Both the position numbers and the translations under genes were made by a program. Shown here piece by piece: positions 38,203-51,089 of a stretch of DNA of 64,000 nt. Source of the DNA: Chrysomallon squamiferum (taxonomy: Eukaryota > Animalia > Mollusca); contig CM022679.1 of NCBI GenBank assembly GCA_012295275.1, positions 21,142,001-21,206,000 on the forward strand, given 5' to 3'. The notes beneath the pieces are model-generated. The model was not told the origin of the DNA. It worked only from the letters and a program-made list of their open reading frames with translations, and made no database searches. The first letter of the stretch is position 1; each line of letters opens with the position of its first letter.

Positions 38203-41155
38203 TACTTGATGTCACATGAAAATAAATTTTGTATAATGAGTAATTTCTTCAAGCTCAAACTTAGCTAATAATGAAGTAATGCATCTTTAAAAAAACCTCA
38301 GCAAATGCACTGAGACAATAAGATTGGTCTCCAGAAATAAAGAAATTCAGTAACGAACAATACATACTTAGTAGACCTTTTGAAATATTTCATTTCAGTC
38401 ACAAAGAAATCACACCAGTTTTAAAATCATATGAAAGTGTCAGGGACCACAGTTATAAACCAGCTGGTCCTTGGTTGCTATGGTATTGGCACCTGCTCTG
38501 CCCTGCTATTATCTATACTGCATGTATTCTGTGTTCAAAACTCTTCTCGGAGTACCAGGGAGCTGTTTTTATGGTTGGTATGTTTGTGACAGTCTACTTG
38601 ATGAAGACAATGACACACAGAATTAAACATGTGTGCAGGTACTTAAAAAATTACTTTTTCTTTGTATAAGTATATGTATGGATTAACACAGGAAAAAGAA
38701 TTAGTTTTGATATTAGATGGATGAATATTGTTAGGAGGTATTTTTATAGTCGTTTAATTTTACTGTTGTTTCTTTTCTTTTCTTTCTTGTTATATAAGGT
38801 TTCTTAAAGATAGCGTTTTTTGTGTTTGATTTAAAATTATCCAAATTTAATACTTAATAATATCGATAGATATGTCAAATAGAGCTAATTTTAAGGATAC
38901 GTTTCTGTTGTTAATTAATCATATATATATATAAACTGAATCATTTTATAGTTTGATCACTTTATCAAATGTCTTCAGAAGTGAAAATAGCATTTAAATA
39001 ATTCTTTTTAATATTTTAAAATTAGTTTTGATGATTCTTTAAACACTCTATAATTAAGATATGATAAAAAGTTTCCTATATAAATTACAGTATTTCTCAG
39101 TATTTTTGTTTCTCTGTATTTTTAGGTGGCCAAATCCAATCTATACAGGAGCGTTTGGAGCTGGTTTGATTCATTCAGTGATACTGTATTTTTATTTAAT
39201 ATTGCCTTGTATCCTTTGTCACACCTGTACAAACACACCTTGTTTCTTCTCTTTATTTGATTTGATTTGAAACATCTACTACTGTTTATTTCACATACAC
39301 AGATCATGCATTTATATTTTCTTTTCTGAAATTTGTTACTTTTATAGTCTTAAAATCTGAAGGTATCCAAAATGAAATCCTCTCTATGAAAACACCTGAC
39401 TTTATGCAAACTATAGTGTCATCAAATATTCATGAATTTAAAGTAGAGATTGATAAAAGAGGTTTTAAACTTGTATTTCACTGATATGATAGTCTTCACT
39501 TTTTATTGTTGTTTTCTCAACAAAATAGTGTCATCATATATTCATTTATTTAAAGTATAAGTTGATATCCGTGAATGTAAATTTATTTCACTGATATGAC
39601 TGTCTTCACTTTTTATCATTGTTTTCTCAACTGATCAATCAGATTTGTATTACAATGTTTGGCTTGTGATTTTCACTGCAGTATTTGCTAGTGTGCTGCT
39701 TATGCTGTTTACTATGGTTCTCTATGTGGATCCAGGTTTGAATACACTGAGTACTGGCTTTATGTTAAGTGCATGTAAAAAGTGTGTTAGAAATTATTGG
39801 AAAATATTGGTGATTTCTCTTTCCTAAAATATCATGTTTAAAAAAGGAAAGATGTAGATAAAATAAAATGCACGAATGTATTTTATTTGTAGTTTGTATG
39901 AATGTGTGACAGAATGAAATAATTTAGCCAGTAAAAGTGTATTTTGAAAAAGTTAAATTTGATAAAAGACTATTGTTGCTGTTGTTGTTGTTGTTGAGAA
40001 TTTATTGTTTAAGATAATAAATAAATAATTTGTAAAAATCACCCTAACTGCATTTCTTTTATTTAAGGTACTGTTAAGGAATCTGTGATCAATCCAGCCA
40101 CTGGTCAGCCTAAAACTCTGTTTGATTTAGTTACTTCTGTCCCTCCAGGAAAATTGGGAGATTACTGCATAGACTGCGAGGTAGGTTATTTACAGATATT
40201 CACACAAGTGCCTAAAATGAAACAAGAAAACAAAATAGGAAAGAAAGCAGTAAATAAAAAATAAATAAAAAAGAAGACACTTGGGTTTCTTTTATTATTT
40301 TAATAGAATTACAAATGATTAGCTACCACAGCCATGCATAGATTAGGTTGATGGTCATTATTAACAAAATAAGCAAAAGTAAATAAACAATAGAAAAAAA
40401 AGAACAAAAGAAAGATGTTAATATTTATGAAATTTGAAATTATTAGCTAAAGCTGGTGTGCATGAAGTTGGTTGATTAGAGCCTCTTTTTTCTTTCCATT
40501 ATTCAGTATTTTTTTTCAATAATCAAATAGTTGTCTCCTGTCTTAATAAGAAGAATGTGAAAAAGACCTAGGATTTAAAATTAGTATGTTTTTGATTTTA
40601 GATAAAACAACAAAATAGATTTAAAACTACTAATGGTGTTGATGTGATTCGATGGATTTATTTCGTAAATTTGTTTTCCAGATTGCATGTCCTCGATGGA
40701 CCAAACACTGCAGGCTCTGTAACCGCTGTTTCAGACAGATGGATCACCACTGCTTGTTTTTACTGAAGTGCATCGCAGAGAAAAACCACGTCTACTTCAT
40801 TTGGTTTATCATAACTTGCATCATATCAATGATTACATTTGTGGCATCTGCTGTAACCTATTGTCAGCAGTTCTATAATCGTTCCTTTTGGGATACAGTG
40901 ATAATCCTGTTTCACACAGATGGCTGGCTACTCTCTCTGACATTTTTCAACTCCGTATCAATCTTCTGGGGTTTACAGCTTCTCTTCTTTCAGATCTCCA
41001 TCATCTCTAAAGGATACACAACCTACTTCCAGCCAACAGAAAATATGGATATTCTCACAACATCAGAGAAGCTAATGAATGTGTTGTATTTCTTGCTAAA
41101 GCATAAAGCCTATATCGAGAATGAAATGCTGAAACAAGATACGCTTAGTGTATGA
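35801..41155 (+). CDS. Ankyrin-repeat DHHC palmitoyltransferase (Akr1/ZDHHC13/17-like architecture), about 568 aa
   Basis: Exons 35801-35945, 36400-36646, 37361-37493, 37878-38056, 38399-38638, 39126-39208, 39643-39735, 40068-40180, 40682-41155; total 1707 nt in frame. Ankyrin repeats (GNTALHRAC, GETPLHYAA, QSPLHIIC, GNTPMHL), TM segments, DPG motif, cysteine-rich domain CIDCEIACPRWTKHCRLCNRCFRQMDHHCLFLLKCIAEKNH, then two further TMs. Exact orthology is uncertain, so no symbol is given. Confidence 0.9.
39209..39642 (+). other. U12-type (minor spliceosome) GT-AG intron in the DHHC gene
   Basis: 5' site GTATCCTTT. Branch-like TTTTCTCAAC at 39622-39631 lies only 9 nt before the AG, with no polypyrimidine tract. 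Splicing restores the frame (..ILP-Y-LYYNVW..). Confidence 0.85.
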
Positions 41156-42604
41156 ATGTTAAAAATTGTGTTTACCAAAGAGTAATTATTGTTAGCTTTA
41201 AAACTGTACAGTTCTCTGTGACAAACAGGTCACAAATATATATTATTTGTCATTTTGAGTGATGAGCTTGTTAACATTATTTGTTTTATATATTATTCAT
41301 ATAATACAATACTCACATTTGGCTTTTGTGTACATTATATATATTTTTTTACATAGATATTTTTATTAAAAAGTGCATTTCTATTTCTTTTGTTAAGAAG
41401 TTCGTTGTTGCTAAATTTTTATATAAATATTTATGAGAAAATGTTTTATAAATATTGAAGAATATATAAATACTCCTTTACATTTACAGTAATGTAGACA
41501 TATTTTTTTTGGTAATATTCTGTAACTTTATGGAAATCAAAGCTTGAGAGAGAAAGAGAGAGAGAGAGACACAGAGAGAGTAGTAGATGGAATAAAGCCA
41601 CATATTTGCACAAATATTCCTTTTTAATTTTTATGATAATAAATGGCTTATTTTCCCCCAAGAGTACATTTTCTGTTTTTATATATACATATCAAAAATT
41701 CAGTGTGATATACCCATTATTATTTAATTTAGTGCAAAAACAATTAATATAATAATACTTTAGAAATCAAACTTTTTAGTATTTACTATATACATTGTTT
41801 TTAAGAACCATACAAATGTCTCAAGAGATTTTTTCTGTCAAAATATAATTTTAAAAAGTAAAAATGATTGATTCATTTAAGTTTCACTATTAATTCATTA
41901 TCAAATAACTTACATAGTGTGTTATATCTTTTCACATTCTTATGTTGAATACCAATAACTTTTTATTTTCATGTCTTTAATATATACATTATAAATAAAT
42001 AAAATGTTTGCAGTCCAGTAACTGTGTATTTTGTTTTATTTCAGCAAGAGTAAAGAACTTTTGTTTAATCATAAAATAATATTCATAACTGAAGTTCTAA
42101 AACAGCTGTTATAAAGTACACACTTATTTCACTACATTTACAAACTTTTTGAACTGATTTTAAAAAAGTGACAAAGGCAAATAATTTTAATATATGTGTG
42201 TGTGTGTATATATAGAGAGAGAGAGACAGATAGATTATTAATACTAACACCTATCACCTTTTAAAATCTGTTTTTGAAATTTGTTCAAACTCCAAATAGG
42301 TTGACCAAATGTCCTGCTAACCATCAGATGATTACTTGTTTGCATCAGCTGAACCAAATCGTAGCAAATAAAAATATGTCCTCTGATATAAACTGTAATT
42401 TCCTGAAATTTGAAAACTAATTAGTTTTTGTACAATAAAATTCTATGTATGTTTGATAAAAATATATTATTTAATAATAATAATAATAATAATAACAATA
42501 ATAATAATAATAATAAAAGAAGAAGAAGAAAATATAAGGAAAGATATTTTAATTAAATATGCACTCAATACATTTAAATTTACAATTATATGATTACAAA
42601 CCTA

Positions 42605-42780
42605 GATGATGGGCTATTTTTCTTGATTAGCAGTGAGGATATTTTTATGTACCACCCCAAATATGACAGTACATACCACAACCTTTGCTACATGAAGTAT
42701 AGATCACTGGGTGGATTGGGAAACTGCTTTATGACCAACCAAGATTAAATGATCAGATCATTAACCACATTTTGAGCTAA
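42605..42780. mobile_element. Possible decayed interspersed repeat (SINE-like) fragment
   Basis: Higher-complexity island (gattagcagtgaggatatttttatgtaccacccc..acataccacaacctttgctaca..). It has weak reverse-complement similarity to 18455-18535 and resembles, from memory only, an abundant gastropod repeat. No TSD identified. Confidence 0.3.
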
Positions 42781-42949
42781 TCATTAACAACAATAATAAA
42801 TATACTTACCATATTGCTTTAGTTTGATTTGTTTTATAGAATGTTATAAATTATTATTAGTGGAATTCTGCTTCATACATACATACTTATTTTCAATAAT
42901 AATCTGATAATGTAAAAAAGAAACCTTAAGTTGTAACTGCTATAACATA

Positions 42950-43391
42950 AACCAATGTTGTCTTTCGATTACTTCCCTTGCATTTCAAGGCAAATGGAAA
43001 TATAGAGGGCGCCAGGAAGCAGGTGTGTACCGGAAATGCCTCGATTTAGTCGTAAACATGATAAATTTGGGTTGACACATTTATATAGAATATGAAAAAA
43101 ACTAAACTTAAACTAATACGCCCCTCGGAATCCTAGTTTAGTAATTGTTAACAAAAGGTTTTGACAATGGCAAGTATCGTTTTGTGTGAGGAAAGAGGAA
43201 TGTATGGATTTTTTTCTCTAGACATATTAACTCACTTCAAACTTCAAAGTCAAACATTAGAATGTTAGTTGAAATTCTCGATTTAAATGTCTAAAAGAAA
43301 TGTTTTTAAAAAAAGTTTTGGATTTATCCTGTGAAATATTATTTTGAGCATTAATCTCTATTAAACTGAGCGAGTGGGCATGCAGCTATAG
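42950..43391 (+). promoter_or_regulatory. Probable promoter and non-coding first exon of the RAPGEF gene
   Basis: CpG-enriched patch GGGCGCCAGGAAGC..ACCGGAAAT (two ETS-like sites, 43013-43037) and CCAAT near 42952. Candidate donor TAG|gtaact at 43391, and a strong acceptor (T-tract AG) at 44089 opening the ATG-containing exon. Confidence 0.5.
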
Positions 43392-43732
43392 GTAACTTAA
43401 AAAGTCATTACTTTTGAAAAGGTGAAAGAAGATTCATGGTCTATTCACCAGTACTCAGATTTCTTTTTTCTCTGCTCCCTTCACTGACAGTCTGACGCCG
43501 GTCTTACAAATACAAATTTCGAAGGAATCATCTTTTTTTTTGTCTTTAAATACATATTCTTAATTTTAATAACTTTAATATACCTTTCAGAAACAATAGT
43601 ACTGTACATAGTGTAATAAATACACATATAACTATTATCAGTGACATCTGTTATTCTTTTATAGGATCTCTAACTCTAAACTAAAGAAATCCTTAAATAA
43701 ATGTGTGTGGATGTGTGTGTGTGTGTCTATCA

Positions 43733-43766
<34 letters not shown>

Positions 43767-44437
43767 TTATTCTTTTTCAGATAATCAGTATTTGACAAAA
43801 TGTAAATAATAATACAGTGAATAAAGTGATTTTATATTAGGATTATTTTAATTAAATCCAGATTTCAAACAGTTATTTGTAAAAGGGTTTGGATTTATTT
43901 TAAATTTTATTTGTTCATCTTAATTTAGCTTTGAATCAGGTATTGGATTTGTTGAATCAAAATGCAGTATCATAAACATAGTAATAAAAAAATATAACAC
44001 AAAAGCATATAAATTAAAACTATAAAATTTTTAAAAATTAATACTTATATTATAAATACTTTTTAAAACATTTTTTTTTTTTTTTTTAGATGAGCAAGAA
44101 TTGTGATATAGTGACTTTTAACCTGACATGGAAACATACAGCTCTGCAGCAGAATGATAATATCTTCGTTTGAAAATAATCACTATGTTAAAGTAAATGG
44201 ATTAAACTAAATTATGACCATGAAGACAAATTCATTGACCTGTCATCAGATATTGATGCATTATTTCAGTTTTGAGGATAACCCAGTTACTTAAGGATTG
44301 GATCAGTCAGTTTTACGATTCTGTTTAAACATGAAAATACTTGGATTAAATGTTCTGCCAGTTTCAAACATTACAAATACTGATCTTAAATAATTCTCAG
44401 TAATTTTATCTCCATTGTGCAATTTGGATGGGCAATA

Positions 44438-46437
44438 ATGTCATCACCTGCAGATCAGCAGTTTTTAGCAGCTTTGAAGATTCCTCCAGGTCAAAGATCA
44501 GATCAGGTATTTTTGTCATTCTTTAACTTGTAGATCTATTTAAATAATTGTAATTGTTTCATGTGAAAATCATTACTAGCATAAATATAGTTGAATAAAA
44601 TAACAATTTTTTATTCTTTATTTGATGTTAGTAATTTATTTTGTCTTAGTTAGTTAAATAGATTTAAATAAACTAAAAATAAGTTTACAATAATTATGTC
44701 CTAAATTGTCTGATTCTGATAGATATAACTTAAATACATACCATTTCCAGATTCATGAATGTGAAGTTAAAAGAAGTAATCATTCAATAGCTTTATTTAA
44801 AGAGGATCCAAATTTTAAAGAGCTGTTATAAAATATATGATGTAATCATGTATATAAGAAAATGAGTATTTTGTTTTCTTCAAAATAGCCATACTTCAGA
44901 TAATTCAGAAGTATATGCTCCATATTCCTTTAATATACCTGCTATTTTAAAATGTCAAAAACTATTTTAGTGCCTGCTAATATCATAGCTTTTGTCATGT
45001 TTAACACACCGTGACATTTAAAACAGGAAGAAAAGGTCATCTGGGTTTTACACTTAGAAAGATGAGAGTAATCAAGTAATAAAATTGCATAACTATGAGT
45101 CCTACAAACCAATTTTGCAGTTAAGTTATTTATTGTTCGTGTTGAAAGAGCCTATTAGATGCTGTAGCATTCAAGCTTTCTTCAGAACTTGAGTCACTTT
45201 CGTAGTGTGTTCTGGTGGTGTTAAATCCAGACAAAATCATAAACATACTTCAGATGGTTTTGATTTTTGGTATTACATAATGGATAGAGTGTCTCAGTTA
45301 AAAAGAAATTCCTGGAAATCATACAAGGCTGCAGTAACGGTAAACATATGTTCATTTGTTTTGGAATAATTGATGTTAACTGTTCTGACATTGACTGTTC
45401 AAGAATGGTATAGAAATTAGATATATTTAATTATTTTCAAAATAACAATAATTTAAATTAATATTACTGTAGATTTGTGAAATAGTTGTTGACTTTGTCT
45501 TTAATAAAAACAATAATATGTAAACCAGTAAATTATTTAAGAACAAAAAAAGTCAGCTAACCTCATTAATTTTCTCTGTGTCTAAATGCATTGGTTGCAG
45601 TACTGCATGTAAAGTTGTAAAACATGTATGTTTTAACTGATTAGTTAAATACATTATTTTATTAATGAAATCTTTTTTTTCAGTATAAATTATAATACTG
45701 ATTTTAATTTTGTTTATTGCTTTTTGAAAATATTTTTCTGTATCTGTATAATATTTGAGCAAATGATGACAGTGTTGCTGTAGAAAATAGCATTAATTAT
45801 GATTATTTCATACTTTCAACAAAAACAAAAAAAAAAATAATAATAACAATAACAATAATAAAATAAATAATAAATAAAACAACTAACAAAGAGACCAAAT
45901 GTTAACATTACTGCAACTATTTGAATAACAATTTTAGTAAAAAGTAAGAACATATTATTCTACAATTTCATTATTTAACCTACCACAACATGGTTTTGTC
46001 TAGGACTTGGACGTTATATATGCCTACCTCCATGGAATGGAAGCACTGTCGACATTGAGAGAGTCAGCTCTAAAGTCACTCTGTAACAGTGTCCGATATG
46101 AGTTTCATGATGCCAATGACATACTCTACTGGTAAGTATTTGTAATATTTTAAAAATAATATATGACTCTTATTATTTCAGTTTATCCATTATTAAATAA
46201 TGGACCTTCAACAAAAAACAAAGAGCCAAAAAAAAAAAAAAAAAAAAAAAAAACTTATTCAAGTTTTTACTACATTAATTTATTTGTTTGTAAAGATAAA
46301 TTGTAGATGAAGTAAAAGCTAAACTATTTGAAACAGAATTTTTTTATTTCATTTCCTTTATTTATATTTTTCCAGTGTGCTTCTAGCAATTTAGCAGTTA
46401 TCTATATGAATATCTATCTATCTATCTATCTATCTCT

Positions 46438-46468
<31 letters not shown>

Positions 46469-47493
46469 TATATATATATCTATATCTATATCTATATCTA
46501 TATCTATATCTATATCTATATATATACTTATTAATTCACAGAGAATTGGGTTGTTTTTCCTTTATCATCAGAATTATAATATATATCTACATCAGTAGGT
46601 TCCCCCTTTTCTTAAATCCTGGATCCTTCCCTGATGCAGGGGTAGCTAAGCAACATTGCAGCATTCTTGGTACCTGACATCACAGTAAAGTGATTCAATT
46701 CTTATCTCCTGCCAAACTATTTACCTTTGGTATTTTTTGACAATAGATCTGGCCTTTTTCATGTCAAGAGAGCCAAATATAAATGTTTATGAGTTATTGT
46801 GTTAAATTTATACATTTACAAATAGGCTGCCTGCTTGTTGATGTTTCTGTTATTCTGTTCTAACAATTGCTTTGTAAATTTGTATTTCTGTTATTTCTAT
46901 TTATTTTTATTTTTATTCTTTTGCTTCTGTAATTACAATAACCTATATTGGAAAATTTAATTATAGATTACAGCTACAGTTCTTTATTCATAATTTCTCA
47001 TAAGCGTATAAATTCCTTTATTGTTTTGAATGTGTCTGTTATAGTTGTTTAATGTGATTGTCACAACTCATTGTTTGTCTCAGGTTACGTTGACATTTGG
47101 ATGTTCTCCAAAGAGATTACAACATTTATAAATAACATCCTAAAAGTAGAATAGGATTGAAAAAGAACACACACAGAAAGAAAAAAAAACACCAAAATCT
47201 CAAAGCAGAACAAATAGTGATATGTTAAGCCAAACAATGTCACCAGAATCTTTCTCCTGGTTAAATTTAAAATGGATCCATAATCAGTTTATCATTACAA
47301 CTGGAAATCTTTTATTTGCAACAGAGATAATTATTATTATTTTTTTTTTAAAATTAATCTGTAATCTATTGTTGAACTTACAATAATAAATGTAAAAATA
47401 TCTTTACAGTCAAGGTGAATTGGCAACATGTTGGTATATTCTGCTGTCTGGCTCGGTGTTCATCGAGGGTTCCATGTTCCTGCCAAGGAGCAG
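44438..47493 (+). CDS. RAPGEF2: Rap guanine nucleotide exchange factor 2/6-like (PDZ-GEF), first three coding exons; the gene continues beyond the window
   Basis: Exons 44438-44506, 46004-46131, 47410-47493 give MSSPADQQFLAALKIPPGQRSDQDLDVIYAYLHGMEALSTLRESALKSLCNSVRYEFHDANDILYCQGELATCWYILLSGSVFIEGSMFLPRS, which matches the N-terminal cNMP-like region of long RAPGEF2/RAPGEF6. Likely co-orthologous to both. The next expected exon (SFGKR..) was not found before 64000. Confidence 0.88.
46400..46525. repeat. (TATC)/(TA)/(TATATC)n microsatellite
   Basis: Directly visible. Confidence 0.9.
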
Positions 47494-49532
47494 GTAGGTT
47501 CACTTATATAATATCTAATTTATTCCAGTTAGAGACACCTGCCCTATCTGTTAATAGTCAAATCTGCCAGCTAATCTGATAGAGTTTATCAAATTTGATC
47601 TTATTTATAAAGTTTTTATTAGTAACGCTATCTCAGAATGTTATTTGGTGAGTTAGGTCTTAGAAAATAAAGCTTATTTTATGTATGTATCTTGCATTAC
47701 CTCATAACATCTGTTACGGTTTCATGCAGTGAAGGTGATACTAAAATCAGATGTATAATATGTGATAAAGGATTTTTATCCTTATTGATTATATTTACAG
47801 GGGTCATAACTCTTGGTGTCTTAATGGTATTTAATTTTTTTTAAAGTCTAAAAAAAATAATAATAATAATAAAATAATATGTACTCTCTGGATAACATTA
47901 AATAATGTATTATTTATAAGGTGTATTGTAACAGAGCAGCATATTAAATAATGTTTTACTTTTCATTTATGTAATGTGATTGTGACATTTTACAGCCTAA
48001 ATAGCATAAATATTAGTAATATTTCATTAAAATTATATAATTAAATGAAGTTTAGATTTTTAATAACAGCATCAGTTAGCAATAATAATAACTTTAGATT
48101 AACACATCTGAACTGTTAAACTAATGCATACAAACAACGGTCACTTGTCAAATGTTAGTGCCCTTTAAAGGATACCATTGTTATTACACAGTTGTAGGGT
48201 AATAAGGAGAATAGAATTTCATACTTTAACATGCACTTGATTGTAACTCTGGTTGATGTTCTGTTAGGTTAATATCTATGTATCATGAATAAAGTAGCAT
48301 AATAACTGATTACAAGCTACAGAAAGGACACTGGATAACAATATTATGCATCTGAAGAAAATCTTTTCCAAAATGTTTTCCAAAAGTGTGTTCAGCTACT
48401 TGGTAAATTCTCAATGAAAGTTTAGGATTGTATTTCCAGGCTGGTCAAACATTGCTAGAGACTGTTGTGGTTATCATTCATGTTGAAAGTGGTGATTGTT
48501 AGCACACAGTTCATATTTACACACTGCATCTTGCTGTTTGACAGTTACACTGGCTTCAGTGTTTGATACCACAAATGTGTCATGAGATATTTTATCAGAG
48601 ACATCTTTTTTTTTCTTGTATGTAAAAACTAAATGGTTTCTTCTGTTGTAATTCAGTTGATTTTTATTTTATTTTATTTATGTAGTTTTTTAACCATAAT
48701 CTGACTATCTACATAAATTTTGATATTTTTTCTTAATAAATAAGTAAGGATTTTTATTTTTTTTATTTTTTTTTTAAAGTGAATAGAAAATAATGTTTGT
48801 AAATTAGCTTCAAATAATTTTTATTTTTTAGGTGAACAAAATATTAAATTTTGAAATTCATTAACATTAACTCTGATATTTTTTCTCTCTTTCAGTTAAC
48901 AATAAAGAAATAAAGAAATACTGTTTACATTATAATAGCTTTAAAATATATTAACTGTTATTTATTAAACTTACATTGCTTTAGAAAACCATAACCACGT
49001 TTATGTACAAAAATAAAAAACTGATCACAGTTTCTAACAGTTTGGCATCAACTTTCTAATTATAACCAACGTTGTGAATCTGTGATGTTATCAAGTCAGA
49101 AATAATGAAATTTTTTCTTCTTCCTCCATTTTTTTTTTAATTCCTTGCCTTCTCTTGCTGAATTAACTGACTTGTAAAGCACCAGGGTCCAGGCTGTGTT
49201 CAGGTTAGTTTCCAGATAGCTTAGAGAATAATTAACTAGCCTGAAATCCATGGGTTTGTTTGTCTTGTGATTACTAGTAAGGTTGTCTGTCAAGGACAAG
49301 GCTAAGGTAATGCATACACACACAGTTTACTCAGTCGCTGCCACAGTCTTAAAATACTTGGTTTGTAAAATTAGTTCTTATTTCTGTCAGGCTCTGTGTA
49401 TAAAAATAGTGGTACTAACTAACTGTGTTTCTATGATCTGATGGGTTAACTGTGTCAGTATGATGATGATTCTGAACCAGGAAGAAATTTTGTTTTGTAT
49501 ACTTCTTTTTATTTTATTTTAATTTTTATTTT

Positions 49533-49567
<35 letters not shown>

Positions 49568-51089
49568 TTTGTTTATTTATTTTAAATTTTAAATTTTAAA
49601 ATTTGTAAATATTTTTTTATTATATTTTTTTTTTGTTGTAATATAATCTTTGCAGGCCATTTTCAAATGAAAACCAGAAACATTAAAATTTATACTGGTA
49701 GAATTTTAAAATCATTGTTCAGATTTTAAAAAACAAATGATGTGGTTATATTTTTAAAGACTTTTGAAACATCTTACCTATGGATTATCTTATAATAAGT
49801 CCATGGTTTGCTGTTTGCTTTAATGACAGCTCTGCATGTTTTAGTATATAAATATTACATTGTTTTTGTTTTTTTATTTTATATATAATGTTAATAGATG
49901 ACATGAAAGAAGAAACTTATTGCCATCATTTCATAGACTGTATCTCATAATCAGCATCCAAGAATTTCACACATGTACGCACTTTTTCAGAAACTTAAAA
50001 TTATATTCTATGGCCTTACAAAGCACATATTTGGAATGGAAAATAAATCATGACTGCACCTACAAGTACTTATTCGCTGGGCCGTCAGGCTTCAGGCTAC
50101 TGTTCTGACTATTGATCTGAAGCATGCTCTTCTCATAAAATGGCGGATTCACTGCTAAGACTAATCTCCTATGATCCGAACAGCATGTTACTGATAAATA
50201 TATTTGGTAACCACTTAACTCCTGTTAACATAAAGAGTGGATTAGTATCAGAGTGTATTTGTCAGTTAATTATAACAGAAGGAGTAAGCTGGTTTTCTTT
50301 TTTTATTGATAAGTGATAGAACTGCCACATACATTTTATCTTTGTAAATAAAAATTATTTTATGACAAGGATAGTACTGTGAGTATCTTTCATGTAACAA
50401 AAGATTTGTAATGTATATTCACATTATAGAGAGTCCATTAGAGGAGCCAGCAGTATTTTAAAATGTAATAAATTTAAATAATTTGTGTACAGTTATTATG
50501 AAGATTGCCAATTTTAATAATGCTTTCGACAAAAAAGAATAAATGATTTGGGGAAAATCACAGCAAATCCATCCCTTAAAAAAAAAATAATAATAATAAC
50601 TTATAAAAAGTTTAAAGAAAAAAAAAATTAAAATGTAAACATTAACATTTTCAGTAAATACGTTTAGAGTACCATTAAAAAAAAGAAAACATAAACATAG
50701 AATGTCCGAAATTTTTGAAATAGAAACAACTAAGCCAATTTGTATTGAAGCTAACATGATGAACAGAATTGTTTTAACATAATTACATGACATTAACATG
50801 AAAACAGTTTTGTGTTTTTTATAGTTTATTTATTTTAACATTACAGTAGCTGTGTTTTTTCAACAGTTAGTATTCAAACATACACTTTAACAAAAGGCCA
50901 GAAATTTATAAAAAGGATAGAGGTAAATGAGAAATTATATTTTAATATTATGAAAACGGTTACAATTAAAAATATACTTTATATGATTTTTTCAGCATAT
51001 TTATCAGTATTACATATAAAACAAAATAACACAATTTAGAATGAATATATTGTAATTGACTGGAATTAAACTTTTAACACAAATAATTT

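Noticed and set aside
46590-46640. AAATCCTGGATCCTTCCCTG resembling a MITE terminal repeat
   Set aside because: No partner inverted repeat or TSD found nearby; too short to support.
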